A DNA stretch of 64,000 nucleotides from Octopus sinensis (taxonomy: Eukaryota). Below the pieces are notes generated by a model, which made no database searches, was not told where the DNA came from, and was given only the letters and a program-made list of their open reading frames with translations. Every line of letters begins with the position of its first letter. Position 1 is the first letter of the stretch. The stretch is from assembly GCF_006345805.1 (NCBI RefSeq), contig NC_043004.1, positions 83,142,001 through 83,206,000 of the forward strand. Reading direction: 5' to 3'. A program made the position numbers and the translations under genes. Shown piece by piece: positions 25,099 to 39,214 of the stretch.

Positions 25099-25159
25099 GG
25101 ACATCTATCGAGACCTTTCGACATCTATCGAGGACATCTATCGAGACCTTTCGACAGAC

Positions 25160-25208
<49 letters not shown>

Positions 25209-25209
25209 T

Positions 25210-25263
<54 letters not shown>

Positions 25264-25273
25264 CGATATATAT

Positions 25274-25358
<85 letters not shown>

Positions 25359-25859
25359 CATGCTAGAGCTATTCAGCTACTGACGTATTGTATATAACCT
25401 ACGATTTGCATGTTAATTGATTCCACTTAGACAGAAGTATATAAGTCTACCTATACAAATGTAAAGATTTATGTTTACATGATCGATCAGTTTCCTTTGA
25501 TGTGAAAATTGCAGAAAATAACCTAATCAATACCCAATTGTTTCTTCGAAACTGAGGTTACTATCATTTCTTCCACTTAAGTGGAATCACTTAACTTACA
25601 TAACATGCTATGTATAAAATGTCAATAGCGATGTTGCATTAATCTCATGGGTTGCTCTCCATTTCTGTTTCAGAATACAAATTATTATTCACATGCAAGC
25701 GTATTGTTATCAGTTCAATGTTGTCTGCAGTCCTACAATGGCTTATCTGGCCGAAACTATGAGGTCACTCTCAACAACTTTTTTTGTGCACAAAAATGTA
25801 TATATTGGAGATCAATATGTGCATTGACGCATCATTTTATAAGCACATTAGCAAGATGG

Positions 25860-26480
25860 CAGCCAAGTGCAAACTGCTGACAGGATGGATACTGAGGCCC
25901 TTCAAGACAAGAGACTAAAACTATGTTTACCCTGTGGAGAACCTTTGTTCTCAGCCGCCTGGAGTTCTGCCCCCAGTTATAGTCACCACGTAGTACCAAA
26001 CTAACAGCGGAGCTTGAGGCAGTCCAACGCCACTACACTAAAAAGATTGAAACAGTGCAATGGATGAGCTACAGAAACAGGCTGAAAAAGCTACAATTTT
26101 ACTCCCCGGGGCGAAGGAATGAGATATATGCAATAATATACATATGGAAAATCGAAGAAGGTTTGGTACCCAACATCGGCATTGAGTGTTATACAAATGC
26201 CAGAATTGGCCGTCATTGCATTGTACCAAATGTGCCATCCACTCCACCTATATTCAGGACCAGGTGTTGCATTAGTCAAGGGTTCGAAGGCCCACATCTC
26301 TTCAATGACCTGCCACAAACATTAAGAAATCGGCATAAGGTGGAAGTAGATGTCTTCAAAGAGGAACTTGACATCTTCTCCATAATACATGATCAACCAA
26401 CAGCCCGACATGAGGTGCAGTCGTGGGCAGCGGAATCAAACGCCTTCATACACCAAATGGACCAACTGCAGGGACAAAGA
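25860..26480 (+). mobile_element. CR1-like LINE 3' relic (same family as 42650-46315)
   Basis: SYRNRLKKLQFYSPGRRNEIYAIIYIWKIEEGLVPNIGI aligns with SYWERLKQLRLYFLERRQERYAVIYVWKILEGIVPNFGI. Confidence 0.85.
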
Positions 26481-26939
26481 TAGATACAGAAGTGGTGATG
26501 TGAAACACTTCAGGCTGAGGAAATCAGAAATCCATGGTGATGCTCCAGTATGACCACAACCGCATGGCTGAAACAACAAGTAAAAGTGTAAAAGTGAGTG
26601 TGTGTGTGTCTTTCTGATCATATCTAGAGAATTGTATGCGGTACAGGAATTTCTGTACGTGTCTCTACGTTTCATAGGGTTTGCATAGTCGGGACGTTGT
26701 TCATTATCCTAAGTCTGCTATGAGTATATTGGCTTTCATGTTGTGTGTCAAAGCTGAGTTCTTGTAAACAACATACGTTGAAGCTATGGGTTTCATGTAA
26801 TAGGAGTGGAGGAGCTGCATTCTGTTGTTCACAGTCTCTAATCAAAGTTCAGTATCAAAGACTGGGTGTCAATTGTTAGGTTGCCAATTGCGGTAATCTA
26901 TAATTACCTTGATACTTTGATAGATGATGTTTACTGTTT

Positions 26940-27608
26940 AAGAAGTGTAACATTTCGATAGAAGATAAATTTTTCGTCACCAGTCCAAAACAAGTGAAAT
27001 GAGTTCGCGAGAATGGAGAGAAGAGCAGATGTCAACTCGGGATTTGCGGTTGCTTTCGGGCAATTCATGAGGCACCCATTTTCCAAGTCTAGAAACCTTT
27101 CCAAGTTGTTGAAGAAGACGCTGAACAGTTGTATGGTTTGAACTAAGCTTTATTGCCAATTCTTCAACGGATAATGCAGGATTTTCTTCAAGTAATGCCT
27201 CCAGAAGCTTATCATCAAATTCAACTGGACGTCCTGTTCGGTCTTCATCTTCAACGCTGAAATCTCCACTTCTGAATTTTGCAATCCATCTTAAGCAAAT
27301 TCTTTCATTCAAGCATTCTTTCCCTTAAACCGAGTGTTTGTTTCGAGTCGTTTTGGCTGCAGAGTTTCCTTTTTTCACTCATAAATCATTATGTGCCTGA
27401 AATTCTCTTTGGATATTTCCATGTTAGAAAGGGTTTTAATCAAAGAAATTTTAATTCTATTATTCTGTGAAATAATATTTAATTTATTTTAAATGTACGC
27501 AAATGCATGAAAATAATTTTTAATTCCATTAGACATTCTAAAGTACTATCAAATTTCATTTAATTTTTAAATAGGTAAAATCGGACAGAACTTATGGGAT
27601 GACCTGAT
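26940..27608 (-). mobile_element. Mariner 5' half
   Basis: WIAKFRSGDFSVEDEDRTGRP...LGKWVPHEL. TIR-like sequence at 27580-27608. Confidence 0.88.
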
Positions 27609-28067
27609 TAATATATATAAAAGGAAAGTTTAGTTTAGTTAAAATATGTTTCTAACATATTTCAACTGCGAAAAGGCAAATTCACGGCAGTTACCGAAGT
27701 GACCGTTAAGAAAATGATCTCGTAGGGTAAAAAGTTATAAAAGCACCATATCTGTTCAGCGTCGCCATCTGAATTGGAATCCGGACAGATGGCGACACTG
27801 AACGGTTTGGTGTTTTTACACACTTTTAAAATAAGATATAATTTTTTAAATGTTGGATTTACTGTAGGCTCTTTATTTCTTTTAAAACATTCAAGCGACG
27901 TTGTCGAAAATGTATTTGAAATGTTTGTATAGGGTTTGGTGTTAGGAAAGATTCATGTAAAGTTGATTGCTTGTGCGTTAAAAAATAATTGCTTCAACAT
28001 ACTCCGATTGCCAATATCTTGCAATTCCATCCAAAGAAGACACGCGAGTAAATTTTGACATAAAATA

Positions 28068-29360
28068 CGAGGGGCGTTCAATAAGTAATGCCTCTGACCC
28101 ACTTGCAGTTATTTGATCTAGCTGAAAGTTTGCATGTGCAATTATTCATATCTCTATCGATTGAGTGGAAAGTTACAGCTCTGAACTAATTGTGGTTTCT
28201 GATTTACAGGTGTTTGAACTGAGTCACGTGTGAAATGGAGCCTGTTGAGTGTCGAGCAGTGATCCGGTTTTTGTATTTGAAAGGACGCACACCACGGGAG
28301 ACTTTTGATGAAATGAAAGTAACTTATGGTGATGATACCCCATCATATGACCTTGTAAAACGCTGGCATCGTGAATTCAAACATGGTCGGAACTCTGTGG
28401 AAACAGCTCCCAGATCTGGTCGTCCCCATTCTGCCATTGATGAGGCACCTCACCGTCAAGTTGAGGCTGCCATTTTGGAAGATCGACGCATAACTATTCG
28501 CCAAATAGCCCATGAGGTTAAGATTAGTACCGGGCCTGTGGAAACTATCATTCATGACCATTTGCATATGCAAAAGGTGTCTGCCAGATGGATTCCCAGG
28601 TTGCTCACACCTTTCCAGAAGCAAGAACGCGTCGAGTGCTCGAGGATGAATTTGGGGATGTGCCAAGAAGATGAGTCAAACTTTTTCAAAAGACTGATTA
28701 CACAGGATGAAACCTGGGTCCATCACTATGATCCAGACACCAAAGCCCAGTCAATGCAGTGGAAGCACCGTGACTCACCTCCTCCAAAGAAGGCAAGGGT
28801 GCAACCCTCCGCTGGCAAGGTCATGCTCACAGTCTTCTGGGACCAGGACGGAGTAGTGATGACAGATTTCCTGGCAAAGGGTACCACAATTACAGGAGCC
28901 TATTATGCTTCACTTTTGAGGAAATTAAGAGAAGCTATCAAAATCAAGAAGCGGGGCAAGATCAGCAAAGGCATCCTCCTCTTGCAGGACAACGCTCCGG
29001 TCCACAACTCGCGTGTCGCCAGATCAGAAGCACATGCGTGCGGCTAAGAACTCCTCCCCCATCCCCCCTACTCTCCTGACTTTGCACCCTCTGATTTTCA
29101 CCTCTTCCCAGCCATGAAGTTGTTTTTGAAAGGAAAGCGTTTCCCAGATGATGCAGCCTTGATTTCTGAAGTCACGTCGTGGTTGGAGGACCAAGCTGGG
29201 GTCTTCTACAAAAACGGTCTCCAGAGCTGCATCAAACGATGGGAGAAATGCGTAACTCTGGGTAGTTCCTATGTAGAAAAAGACTAATAACTGTGCCAAG
29301 TTTCGTTGCTCTACTGCTATGGGAAGTGGGTCAGGGGCATTACTTATTGAACGCCTCTCG
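28068..29360 (+). mobile_element. Full-length mariner (DD34D); transposase 28235-29287 has one in-frame stop
   Basis: TIRs cgaggggcgttcaataagtaatgcc / ggcattacttattgaacgcctctcg with TA duplication. Motifs WIPRLL, QDETW, QDNAPVH...PYSPDFAPSDF with 34-residue spacing. TAA at 29045-29047. Confidence 0.96.
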
Positions 29361-31149
29361 TAGCTTTATATTAACATAATTTTTTCTACCCTGATGACAT
29401 GCATTTAATTCAGTAAAATGAATAAATGAATTCAGTAAATGGATTCATCATGACATTTTATTTCAAGAAAATATAGCCAAAAAGGAAATTACATAATGCA
29501 AGGTTGAATATTTATAATTGAACATTTATACAGTGATGTATCGGCCAAAGAAAAACATATGTTGTGCAGATGAGGGGTAAGAAAAATACAATATATATGG
29601 AGAAAAATCAAAGTGAAAAATATTCTTTTTGATAAGGTTTAATAAAAAGATGATGGTCAGTTGTAAGAAAGACTAGTTGAAAATCAATAGCCGCATGATA
29701 ACAAAGATTACATAGTCAACCTAATGTTTCACTGGTACGAGAGGCTGGAACCCGCTACAGTATCACGCTATTTTTTATCTGTTCAAGCATCTTGCTTCGG
29801 AAAGGTTTGCAGGGACGTTGTCCGAACACATGTATAGTTAGGTAATGTTGTTTAACTGAACTTCGTATTTAATTTACCATTGGAAAGGTATAATAAGGAA
29901 GAGGGCAGTTATAAAGATTTTGTCTGGATCACAACCAGTATGTAAGTAATAAAACTTCCTATCATCTGAAAAGAAGAAAAGAGAAAAATTAATTAGCTGT
30001 TATTTTCAATGAATTCATAGAATGATTTAGAAAGAAGTTTATTATATTTTAATAAAATAAGGACAGAAACTTGGCAGTAACGTGAATGATTCAGCCAATA
30101 CGAGTAATTTAGGCCTTCAGTTAAAAATCTGCCAGTCTTGTCGTCAGTTCTCTTCAATTAGGCATCGGTAGAATATATATCCTTTTGTATTCTAGGCAAT
30201 CCAGTCGATTAGATCGACCTCAGTAGGCAACTGGTACTTAATTTATCGACTCCGAAAGATGAAAGGCAAAGTCGACCTCTGCGGAATTAGAACTATCGAA
30301 ATATCGCTAAGCAATTCGCCCGGTGTGTTATCGTTTCTGCCAGCTCGCTGTCTTATTACTAATTGTAATAGCAATAATTGATTGATGTCTGATTAAAATG
30401 AGAGGAGTCCTGCGATATGTAGTTACAAAAGGAGGTTGGGAATAAGAGAACGAGCTCGATAACACTAAACAATCCAGTATCTTCGCTCCCAGCTCAAAAC
30501 TATGTTTTCAAATCTCCTATCTCCTTTAAAGCTGGTTTCCACTTCAATCACATCATAGCATCTATAGCCCTGTTGTGATTATAGCAGTTGTGTTGCAGTT
30601 TTAATTGGAGGTTTGTTAGGAATATTGTTTTGTTATAATATCCTCCAATATAATCTATTAACGAAATAAGTAAATATTAATATTTAGCACTTACTTATAA
30701 TTTTGCTTGCGCATTCATTAATACGGTTACTAGGTTTCCAATACGTATAAGTTACTGAAACCATAACATTCCCCTTGCCAAGCTGGCGGCACATTGTAAG
30801 ATTTAAGGTCAGCAGAGTGAAGCACAGATGTAAGTCGATTACGTCGAAACTAGTACATTACTGATATTTTCATTTATCAACGCGATTCTAACTTAGTCGT
30901 AAAGAACTTCCAAACATGCAGCTAAGCATTTTCTCTGACATCCTAACGATTCTGGTAGGTCACCATCTTGTTTCGGAGTTTTCGGAAAATTGAAGTATGA
31001 GGAGCTGTATCAGTAATAGATAGATGCAGTGGCAACAGAGTTTATTTGAAGCAGATTGCATATATTCGTACATATGTCCAAGTACGGATGTCATATCACA
31101 TTACCTCCTATATATTTCAAAAAAATTGTATGAGAATATATATATATAT

Positions 31150-31465
31150 ATATATAGGACAAGGTACTGCAATAGCCTGGGCTTCAGAGGTCCACAGTTT
31201 TCAATAACCTCCCGAAGGATCTGAGAGACCTGCATGGGGTGGATGTTGGTGTCTTCAAAATAAAGCTGGACCTCATCCTGTCAGGTGTTCCAGATGAACC
31301 AACTTCGTAGCAGGAGGTTCAGATGAAGGCAGCTGCACCAAACACTCTCATGCACCAAATGTCAATTGCTAATAAGCATTCGTAAAGTAAACTTATGTAG
31401 CAACACCAAATGGCGGTGCCCCAGCATGGCCACAGCTCGTGAGCTGAAACTAGATAAAATAAAAA
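31150..31465 (+). mobile_element. CR1-like LINE 3' end with tail
   Basis: YCNSLGFRGP...; tail ccccagcatggccacagctcgtgagctgaaactagataaaat matches the minus-strand end at 42655-42690. Confidence 0.8.
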
Positions 31466-32633
31466 TTAAAATAGATAAAATATATATATATATATAAACT
31501 ACGGTATTTGATGGCATAAATGACGCAGGTACCAATTTCAGGAAGAGATATTCAGAGTTAAAATGCTTTTAGTTCTTTAACGCATATAAGATTTACAGCA
31601 GAATAATAGTATATTACAATTACTTAGAAAAGTGGGTTAGGTATAGCAGAAAGCATTGCTGTATATTAAATATAAGTTACAATATAAATTGAACATAAAA
31701 CATTAAATTACGAGGGTGAAAACGTCCTACACAATTACAGCAAAAAAAAAAAAAACAATGGTAGAATACGTTTAATGAACTGTAATCATCTACTTTTTTT
31801 TTATTACAAAACCAGAAAACTCTTTACCACCAAATCATATAAAGTCCTCAACTTCGTATATAGAAATGGAGTTGAGTTTCTTTTAGACATTATAAAGAAA
31901 AAAAGCGCTTCATATATAAAATGAAGTTTTGTAAATATTAAACACTGTGATAAATTACCGTAAGTGTTGACGAGGGCGTTATTACGAAACAGCCACCAAC
32001 ATCAATTCCATGAGATTCAGTCGTTAGTCGATTTAGGAAAACTAATATCTGTAATACATAAGAAGAGGGACAACATGAATGGGGATTGTGTAAAAAGAAG
32101 CATTTAACATTTCTGTGGCTGCATGATAAGAAAACATACTTCCCAACCATATGGTTTTCGGTTGGCACCTATGGCGGGGCAGTCTTCTAATATAGGCTCG
32201 AACCAACAAAAGCATTCTGAGTCAACTCGGTTGATGCAGACCCCGTCGAACACACACACGCATCCCGGAATTCTGTCAGTTAACAGGTCGCGGTTTCAAA
32301 GCATGTATATATTTTGACAAATTAAATTTAGATGCTGAAGTGTATCTAACGGTTTTTGTGTGTATTTTAAATGGGTTATAAACACCTTCCACGCTGTTTT
32401 TGTTTTAGCACACGATCTCAGATGAGGTTACTTGATAATCAAGTACATCTCCGTAATATATATATATATATTAATATGAACAACTAGGCACAATATAATT
32501 TCATAAAGGATAATTCAGTCATCACTACGTGTGACTAAATTTGTCGAGACGCCTACTTTGCTAGAATTGAGAATTAAAAAAAAAAAACTCTTTATGCTGT
32601 CAGAGGGGCACTATATATATATATATATATATA

Positions 32634-33660
32634 TATAAATTATTAGAGAGTTAACCACTATGTGGATAACTCTAGTGCTAAAAATGGCCCCGATAGTATA
32701 GCCACAGAAAAAGATGTTTCCAACTAGAAGTAACATACATTTAACGGAACGAAAGTGAAATATAACGAATAAATAGATTGACCCTGAACAAATTGTTTCA
32801 TTACTAATGTAATATGTAATTTTACTTACATACACATCTATAAATCATAAGCAGAGGTTTGTCTTAAATACAATTAATTAGACCGACACGAGCGTCAAAA
32901 TCACGAGCGGTTTAACGAATTGCATTTTTAGTTATGCCTCAAATTCCACGCCAAAAGCATGCCAAGACTCTTTGGAAGCGTATGCTGCATCAAATAAAAT
33001 ATTTACTGCCGCATAATTAAATTTATAAATTTATAAATGAGGGTGAAAAATTGATATTAATTTAATAATACCATTAATTTAACACCGAGTGGCTTAGCAC
33101 AAAAAACTACGGAGAAAATACAAATTTATACATAAATTATTAGAGAGTTAACCACTATTTGGATAACTCTAGTGCTATGCTGCAGTAAATATTTTATTTG
33201 ATGCAGCATACGCTTCCAAAGAGTCTTGGCATGCTTTGGGCGTGGAATTTGAGGCATAATTAAAAATGCAATTCGTTAAACCGCTCGTGTTTTTGACGCT
33301 CGTGTCGGTCTAATTAATTGTATTTAAGACAAACCTCTGCTTATGATTTATAGATGTGTATGTAAGTAAAATTACATATTATATTAATAATGAAACAATT
33401 TGTTCAGGGTCAATCTATTTATTCGTTATATTTCACTTTCGTTCCGTTAAATGTATGTTACTTCTAGTTGGAAACATCTTTTTCTGTGGCTATACTATCG
33501 GGGCTATTTTTAGCACTAGAGTTATCCACATAGTGGTTAACTCTCTAATAATTTATGTATAAATTTGTATTTTCTCCGTAGTTTTTTGTGCTAAGCCACT
33601 CGGTGTTAAATTAATGGTATTATTAAATTAATATCAAGTTTTCACAATCATTTATAAATA
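32634..33660. repeat. Palindromic composite of a roughly 480-bp repeat unit (about 375-bp inverted arms)
   Basis: 32634-33010 is the reverse complement of about 33180-33557. The spacer holds a block whose reverse complement is at 33558-33660. Confidence 0.92.
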
Positions 33661-33921
33661 TATATATATATATAGTTACGGAGATGTACTTGCAAAGCAA
33701 ATAACCTGAACTCAGATCGTGTGCTGGAAGGAAAATAATTGCAGCATGGAAGGTGTTTATAAGTCATTTAAGGAACACACGAAAACCGTTAGATTCACCT
33801 CTACATTTAAATTGAATTTACCAAAATATGTTCGTCTCTTTGAAGCCACAACTTGTTCACTGACAAAATTCCGTGCGGCAGCAAAATATACATATATATA
33901 TATATATATAACAAAGTGGAG

Positions 33922-33996
<75 letters not shown>

Positions 33997-35164
33997 GACA
34001 GTGTAAGAGCGGTTAACTGCCCCATGACCGTCTCTAGAATCAGCTGAGTAGGCCTAGTTTTGCTTATAAAACAGGCATCAGCAGCAGCGACTCCTCAAAT
34101 GGCCGATGGTTTGGCTAATTTCTTCTGCCAGTATATTTAAATTTACCTTAAAAAATTTATGGCTGATTTAGCGAAATGCATTAGGTGTATATTAAAAATT
34201 AAGATAAATAACCAGGCGCAGCGTAATGCCATAAAGGAAATTTCTGTCAAATGACTGCAACAAGCTGAATATAAAGGATAAATGATAGCTTGTAATCGAT
34301 GTCTTTGGGTGCATCATCATTGATGTTACCTTGGGTTAGTGTTCACACTTGCCGGGAGTTTGTGACCTCGCATGCATTTTTTGCACGTTTGATGGGATAA
34401 AAAACAATGCACAGAATGCATACTTGTTGAATAAATCTGAACGTTTGTAACTCGCATTGATGCTCAAATAATTTGCGAATATCAGTACATGGCCCACATT
34501 TGTCGCACAAACGCGGGAATATGGATTAAGCGCCAGTTTTTATTCAGTCGACTATCCTATCAATAACTCCCAAATCCCGAGTCAATGTTTTGTTTCGTGA
34601 AGCAATAGATATCGCCTTACGTCTATTAACTTCTGTATTACCCAGCCATCATGGGCTTTAAAGGGAGACGTACATGGAAAATATCTAGTCCGCTATCAAA
34701 GCGATCACACGACGTTTGAATTCGTTGATACAACAAAATACCAGCAGCTTAGAAATTATTCAGAGGACGATATTTTCTGAAAATAAATACCTATGTTAAT
34801 GTTAGCAATTAATGGTTATGTCATTTTCATCAAGAATTATCTTTCTAATTTTTATATAATGCAGCGTGAAATAATTTTATAAGATATATATTCATATGGC
34901 TTACAGTGTTTTATAGGATATAAATTTATGACTGATTTACTGAAATGCTAATGTGCTTACTATGATTTAATAAAACTTGCTACGCGCATTGTGAAGCCAT
35001 AAAAGAAATGTTTAATCGACGATAATTGTATCTGAGGGCGCTGAATTGCACCGACATTGACAGACATAAGAGTTAAATCCCTTAAAGTTGCATAAGCTCA
35101 TATTTATATATACAGTGAGGGGGAAGATAACCCCCCCTTCCACATATATATATGCTCTTTATTA

Positions 35165-35383
35165 CTCTTTTACTCATTTATTTGTTTCAGTCATTTGACT
35201 GTGGCCATGCTGGAGCACGCTTTTTGTCGAGCGAATCGACCCAAGGACTATTTTTTGTAAGTCTAGTACTTATTCTCTCGCACTCTTTTGCCGAACCGCT
35301 AAGTTACGGGGACGTAAACACACCACCATCGGTTGTCAAGCAATGTTGGGGGAACAAGCACAGATACACAAACATATACACAC

Positions 35384-35414
<31 letters not shown>

Positions 35415-35563
35415 CGACGGGCGTCTTTCAGTTTCCGTCTAACAAATCCACTCACAAGGCTTTTGTCGGCCCGAGTTTATAGTACAAGACACTCGCCCAA
35501 GGTGCCACGCAGTGGGAATGAACCCGGAACCATGTGGTAAGCAAGCTACTTACCACACAGCCA
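35165..35563 (-). mobile_element. SINE family B, near full length
   Basis: Reverse-complement homologue of 21383-21745. Confidence 0.8.
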
Positions 35564-36015
35564 CTCTTATGCATATATATATATTTCATATAGATACGTA
35601 TGTGTGTACATGCATGTATAAAGCCATTTATTATTATATAATAAACGGGAAAACAATAAGAATTAGAAGAAATATTGGCGCAAGTTTCGGGTGCTTCGTC
35701 GATTACACCAACACTATTGCTCGAATGGTAAGTATTTTATCTACCCCAAAAGGATGAAAGGCAAAGACAATGCGAGTGGCATTTGAACTCAAAGTAAAGA
35801 CATGAAATCGTGCTAAGCATTTTGCCTCGTGTAGAAACAATTCTGGCAGCTGGCAGGCTTCTTTTAAAGAGAAATATTAATAAAAAAATATATTAAAAGT
35901 AAGACGACGAGATCATAAAGTCTGCTTACCTTTGCAACGACTTCCGGTTTTATGTCCTGAAATTGCATATAATGAATACTTCGTGTAATACTGTGAACCT
36001 AGTAGTGAAATAGAA

Positions 36016-36085
<70 letters not shown>

Positions 36086-36599
36086 CTGGCACAAGTCCAC
36101 TAATTTCGAGAGTCGTGTCAACGTTGGTGGAAATTGAACGTAAAGAACCGGAAGAAATGCGGCTAACCATTTTGTACGGTGCAGTAAAACAATATACTTA
36201 GTGTCACTTAAAATATTAGGTGTCTAATTATAAGAGGAGAATTGTTAAATAAACACTTGGAATATTAATCTGATCATTATTAAAAGGATTAGTCTAAAAA
36301 ACACTTAAAATATAAATTTAACCCATTGTAGATGTATCCGTTAAAGAAACTACTGCTGATGCAGCTTTTGCTGCTAGTGCCGGCCAGTATCTCAGCTTCA
36401 TGTTGGTGCAGCTGCTAGTGTCGGCGAGTATCTCAGCTTCATCAATAACTCCCTTGGTTTCGCAGTCGCCCCTCACTGGACCTGCCCCTGCTCGTATTCT
36501 AGGGGTACTAAATGCAATGTTCTTAACAAAGTTTATGCCTGTTAAAAATGAGTCTGTATATATGTGAACAAGGGAAATATTTATGTATTAAGGACTATC

Positions 36600-37080
36600 C
36601 TACCTATAGACGTTTTTATATTAAGGGAGACGTGGGGAGCGCAAGCCAAATGATATTTCTGTGACGCTTCCTTCTACGGATGTTGAGGCCCCGCATGTAG
36701 GCGATGCGGTCCTTAATCCTCATACTAACATACTTCACCAGATTTTTTAACACGGTGGATGGGTGGTACGAGGCTGTATTGATGTACTTTAGCCTCTCAT
36801 TTGGCTTGCGGTAGGGTCTGTATGTACCGAAGCCCATGTTAAGCGTGATGTCTAAGAAGTTCGCGGTGGTGAGGTTGATCTCGATCGTGATTTTTAATCC
36901 CATGGAGGCAAGTGTGCTAATTTGATCTTTCCTAGGCCTATCTAGTATGTGACCGCTATCTCCTCTAGAGATGGCCATCTCTGTAGAGACCAAAGAAGAC
37001 AGAGGAGAACGTTTTCTTAAGGGTATTAAGGATATACAACACGGTGAGGTCGCATACATCAGACCGTAGGATTGGCTTAC
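36600..37080 (-). mobile_element. Penelope-like RT relic
   Basis: GLKITIEINLTTANFLDITL..GTYRPYRKPNERLKYINTASYHP...RNIIW is typical of the PLE RT C-terminal region. Confidence 0.75.
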
Positions 37081-37551
37081 TTGACCCAGGTCGAACCTTT
37101 AATGAATACACTGTTTACCTGGCGTGAAAAATGACTTCTATATCCCTGTCGCTAACGCCATGTGCGTGCGTATGTGTGTACACATAATATTAACTTCTAA
37201 TGTTGTATAATGGTTTGACTGGGCATCTATCGATTTCACATGAAAAACGAATTGACATAAATAATAGACTCGAAATTGTTCTAGACTATTATCGAAATAT
37301 GTAAATTTCGTGAAGTACATGTATTGTCTTCTTTAGGGAGGCCAATATAATATTTCTTTTCTTCCTCAATATGCTCGCTTGTCCGTTTTCGCATTAAAAA
37401 CACCATATTATACTGATATGACGAATCAATTCTGTATTTACTTCAACTATTTATTGTCAAATTCTGTCATATTTCCGATAAATATAAATGCATATTGTAT
37501 GAGTATCGATGTATCTCAATGAATATACATGCATGAATATGTGCATGTGTG

Positions 37552-37622
<71 letters not shown>

Positions 37623-38014
37623 ATGTGTGTGTATAGATATGCATACACTACACGCACACGCACACACGCACATTCACACATACACAAACACATCTGTCTA
37701 CAGACAGTTATAAACACTGCTCGCTGTGTGTTTTGGCGCGTATCGGTTTATGAACAAGGGATAATTAGAGTATCCTTAGCTCATTGATATCGGTTAGTTT
37801 CTATTGATATACGAAACATTCCTTTGAAAGTGATGTGATTTTGCAAGTGTCTTACAAATATCTTTATATCTCTCAGGATTTGCACAGTACCGTACAATAT
37901 CCTACACGTATTTATACACACAAGGAAACATGCATCTCATATCTCTATATCGAAACAGGTTAACAACAACAGAAGTCACTTAGAAATTCATCTGCAACAA
38001 TAATCTTATGCACA

Positions 38015-38070
<56 letters not shown>

Positions 38071-38079
38071 TGTTTGTTC

Positions 38080-38330
38080 CTTCTCGAGCCACGCCTGGTT
38101 CATTAGGCCGGTTTCCCGGTTTCCTTGGCGTATAGGTTTCTCCCCTGGATGGTACGCCGGTCCGTCGCAGGTGAGCTGCAAGATGCAGGAGGAAAGAATG
38201 AGAGAAAGTTGTGGCGAAAGAGTCAGCAGAAGTTCGCCATTATCTTCTGCCGGAGCCGCATGGAGCTTAAGTGTTTCGCTCATAAACACACACATCTCCC
38301 GGTCTGAGATTCTAACCCGCGATGCCTCAA
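38080..38330 (-). mobile_element. SINE family C-related copy
   Basis: Head region is homologous to 42400-42485. Confidence 0.65.
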
Positions 38331-38614
38331 CCACATATATACATTTAACACGTGGTATTGTTATATATACACCTTGTTTATAAGGGATCCCCAATTCACT
38401 TACATAGCAGAGTGATGCTTTGACGAGACTATAAGATACAAAAAAAAAAATGTTTTGAAAACCGATGTCGGACGACAAAAATTTTACTTTTTGTTTTCAG
38501 TATATTTTATCACAATGAAGAAAGACAACAAAAGACTACGATAAAACACAAACTAAATAAATACACAGTAATCACAAAACCACTCAGTGTTTCATTTTAA
38601 TTTTCCACACACAT

Positions 38615-38648
<34 letters not shown>

Positions 38649-38752
38649 CGAGGCATTGAAACAAATACACATGTATATTTACTCATAAGTCGAACATTTA
38701 ATAAGTAGCATATCTGTCTGTTTTTCTGTCTATCTATCTATCTATCTATCAT

Positions 38753-38861
<109 letters not shown>

Positions 38862-39214
38862 ATTATGTAATTATGTATATAGACACATATACATATATAT
38901 GTTGATATATGCATACATGCACACATACATACACGATTATATATAAACATATATATATATATATAATTTATATTATTAGGGTGATAAAATTTTAGAAATT
39001 CTTACTACTAGTGGCTTAGTGTATAGAAAAAATAGTCAATAGACTATATATTATTCATATAAAATACAGTGTACATTTAAACACATCAAGACGTGTCCAT
39101 CATAGGACTACCTTACGATAGAAGGAACAACTACAGTCCAGCTTGTTTGGACTTTAGCTGTTCCTTAATGTGTTTAAATCTACTCCATATTATATATATA
39201 CATATATATATATT

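Noticed and set aside
23633-25173. Plus-strand ORFs over the Tx1 element (likewise over the other LINEs and transposons)
   Set aside because: Antisense shadows of TE coding sequence.
34000-35130. Moderately GC-richer block between (TA)n tracts, possibly a decayed DNA transposon
   Set aside because: No convincing TIRs or catalytic motifs could be read.
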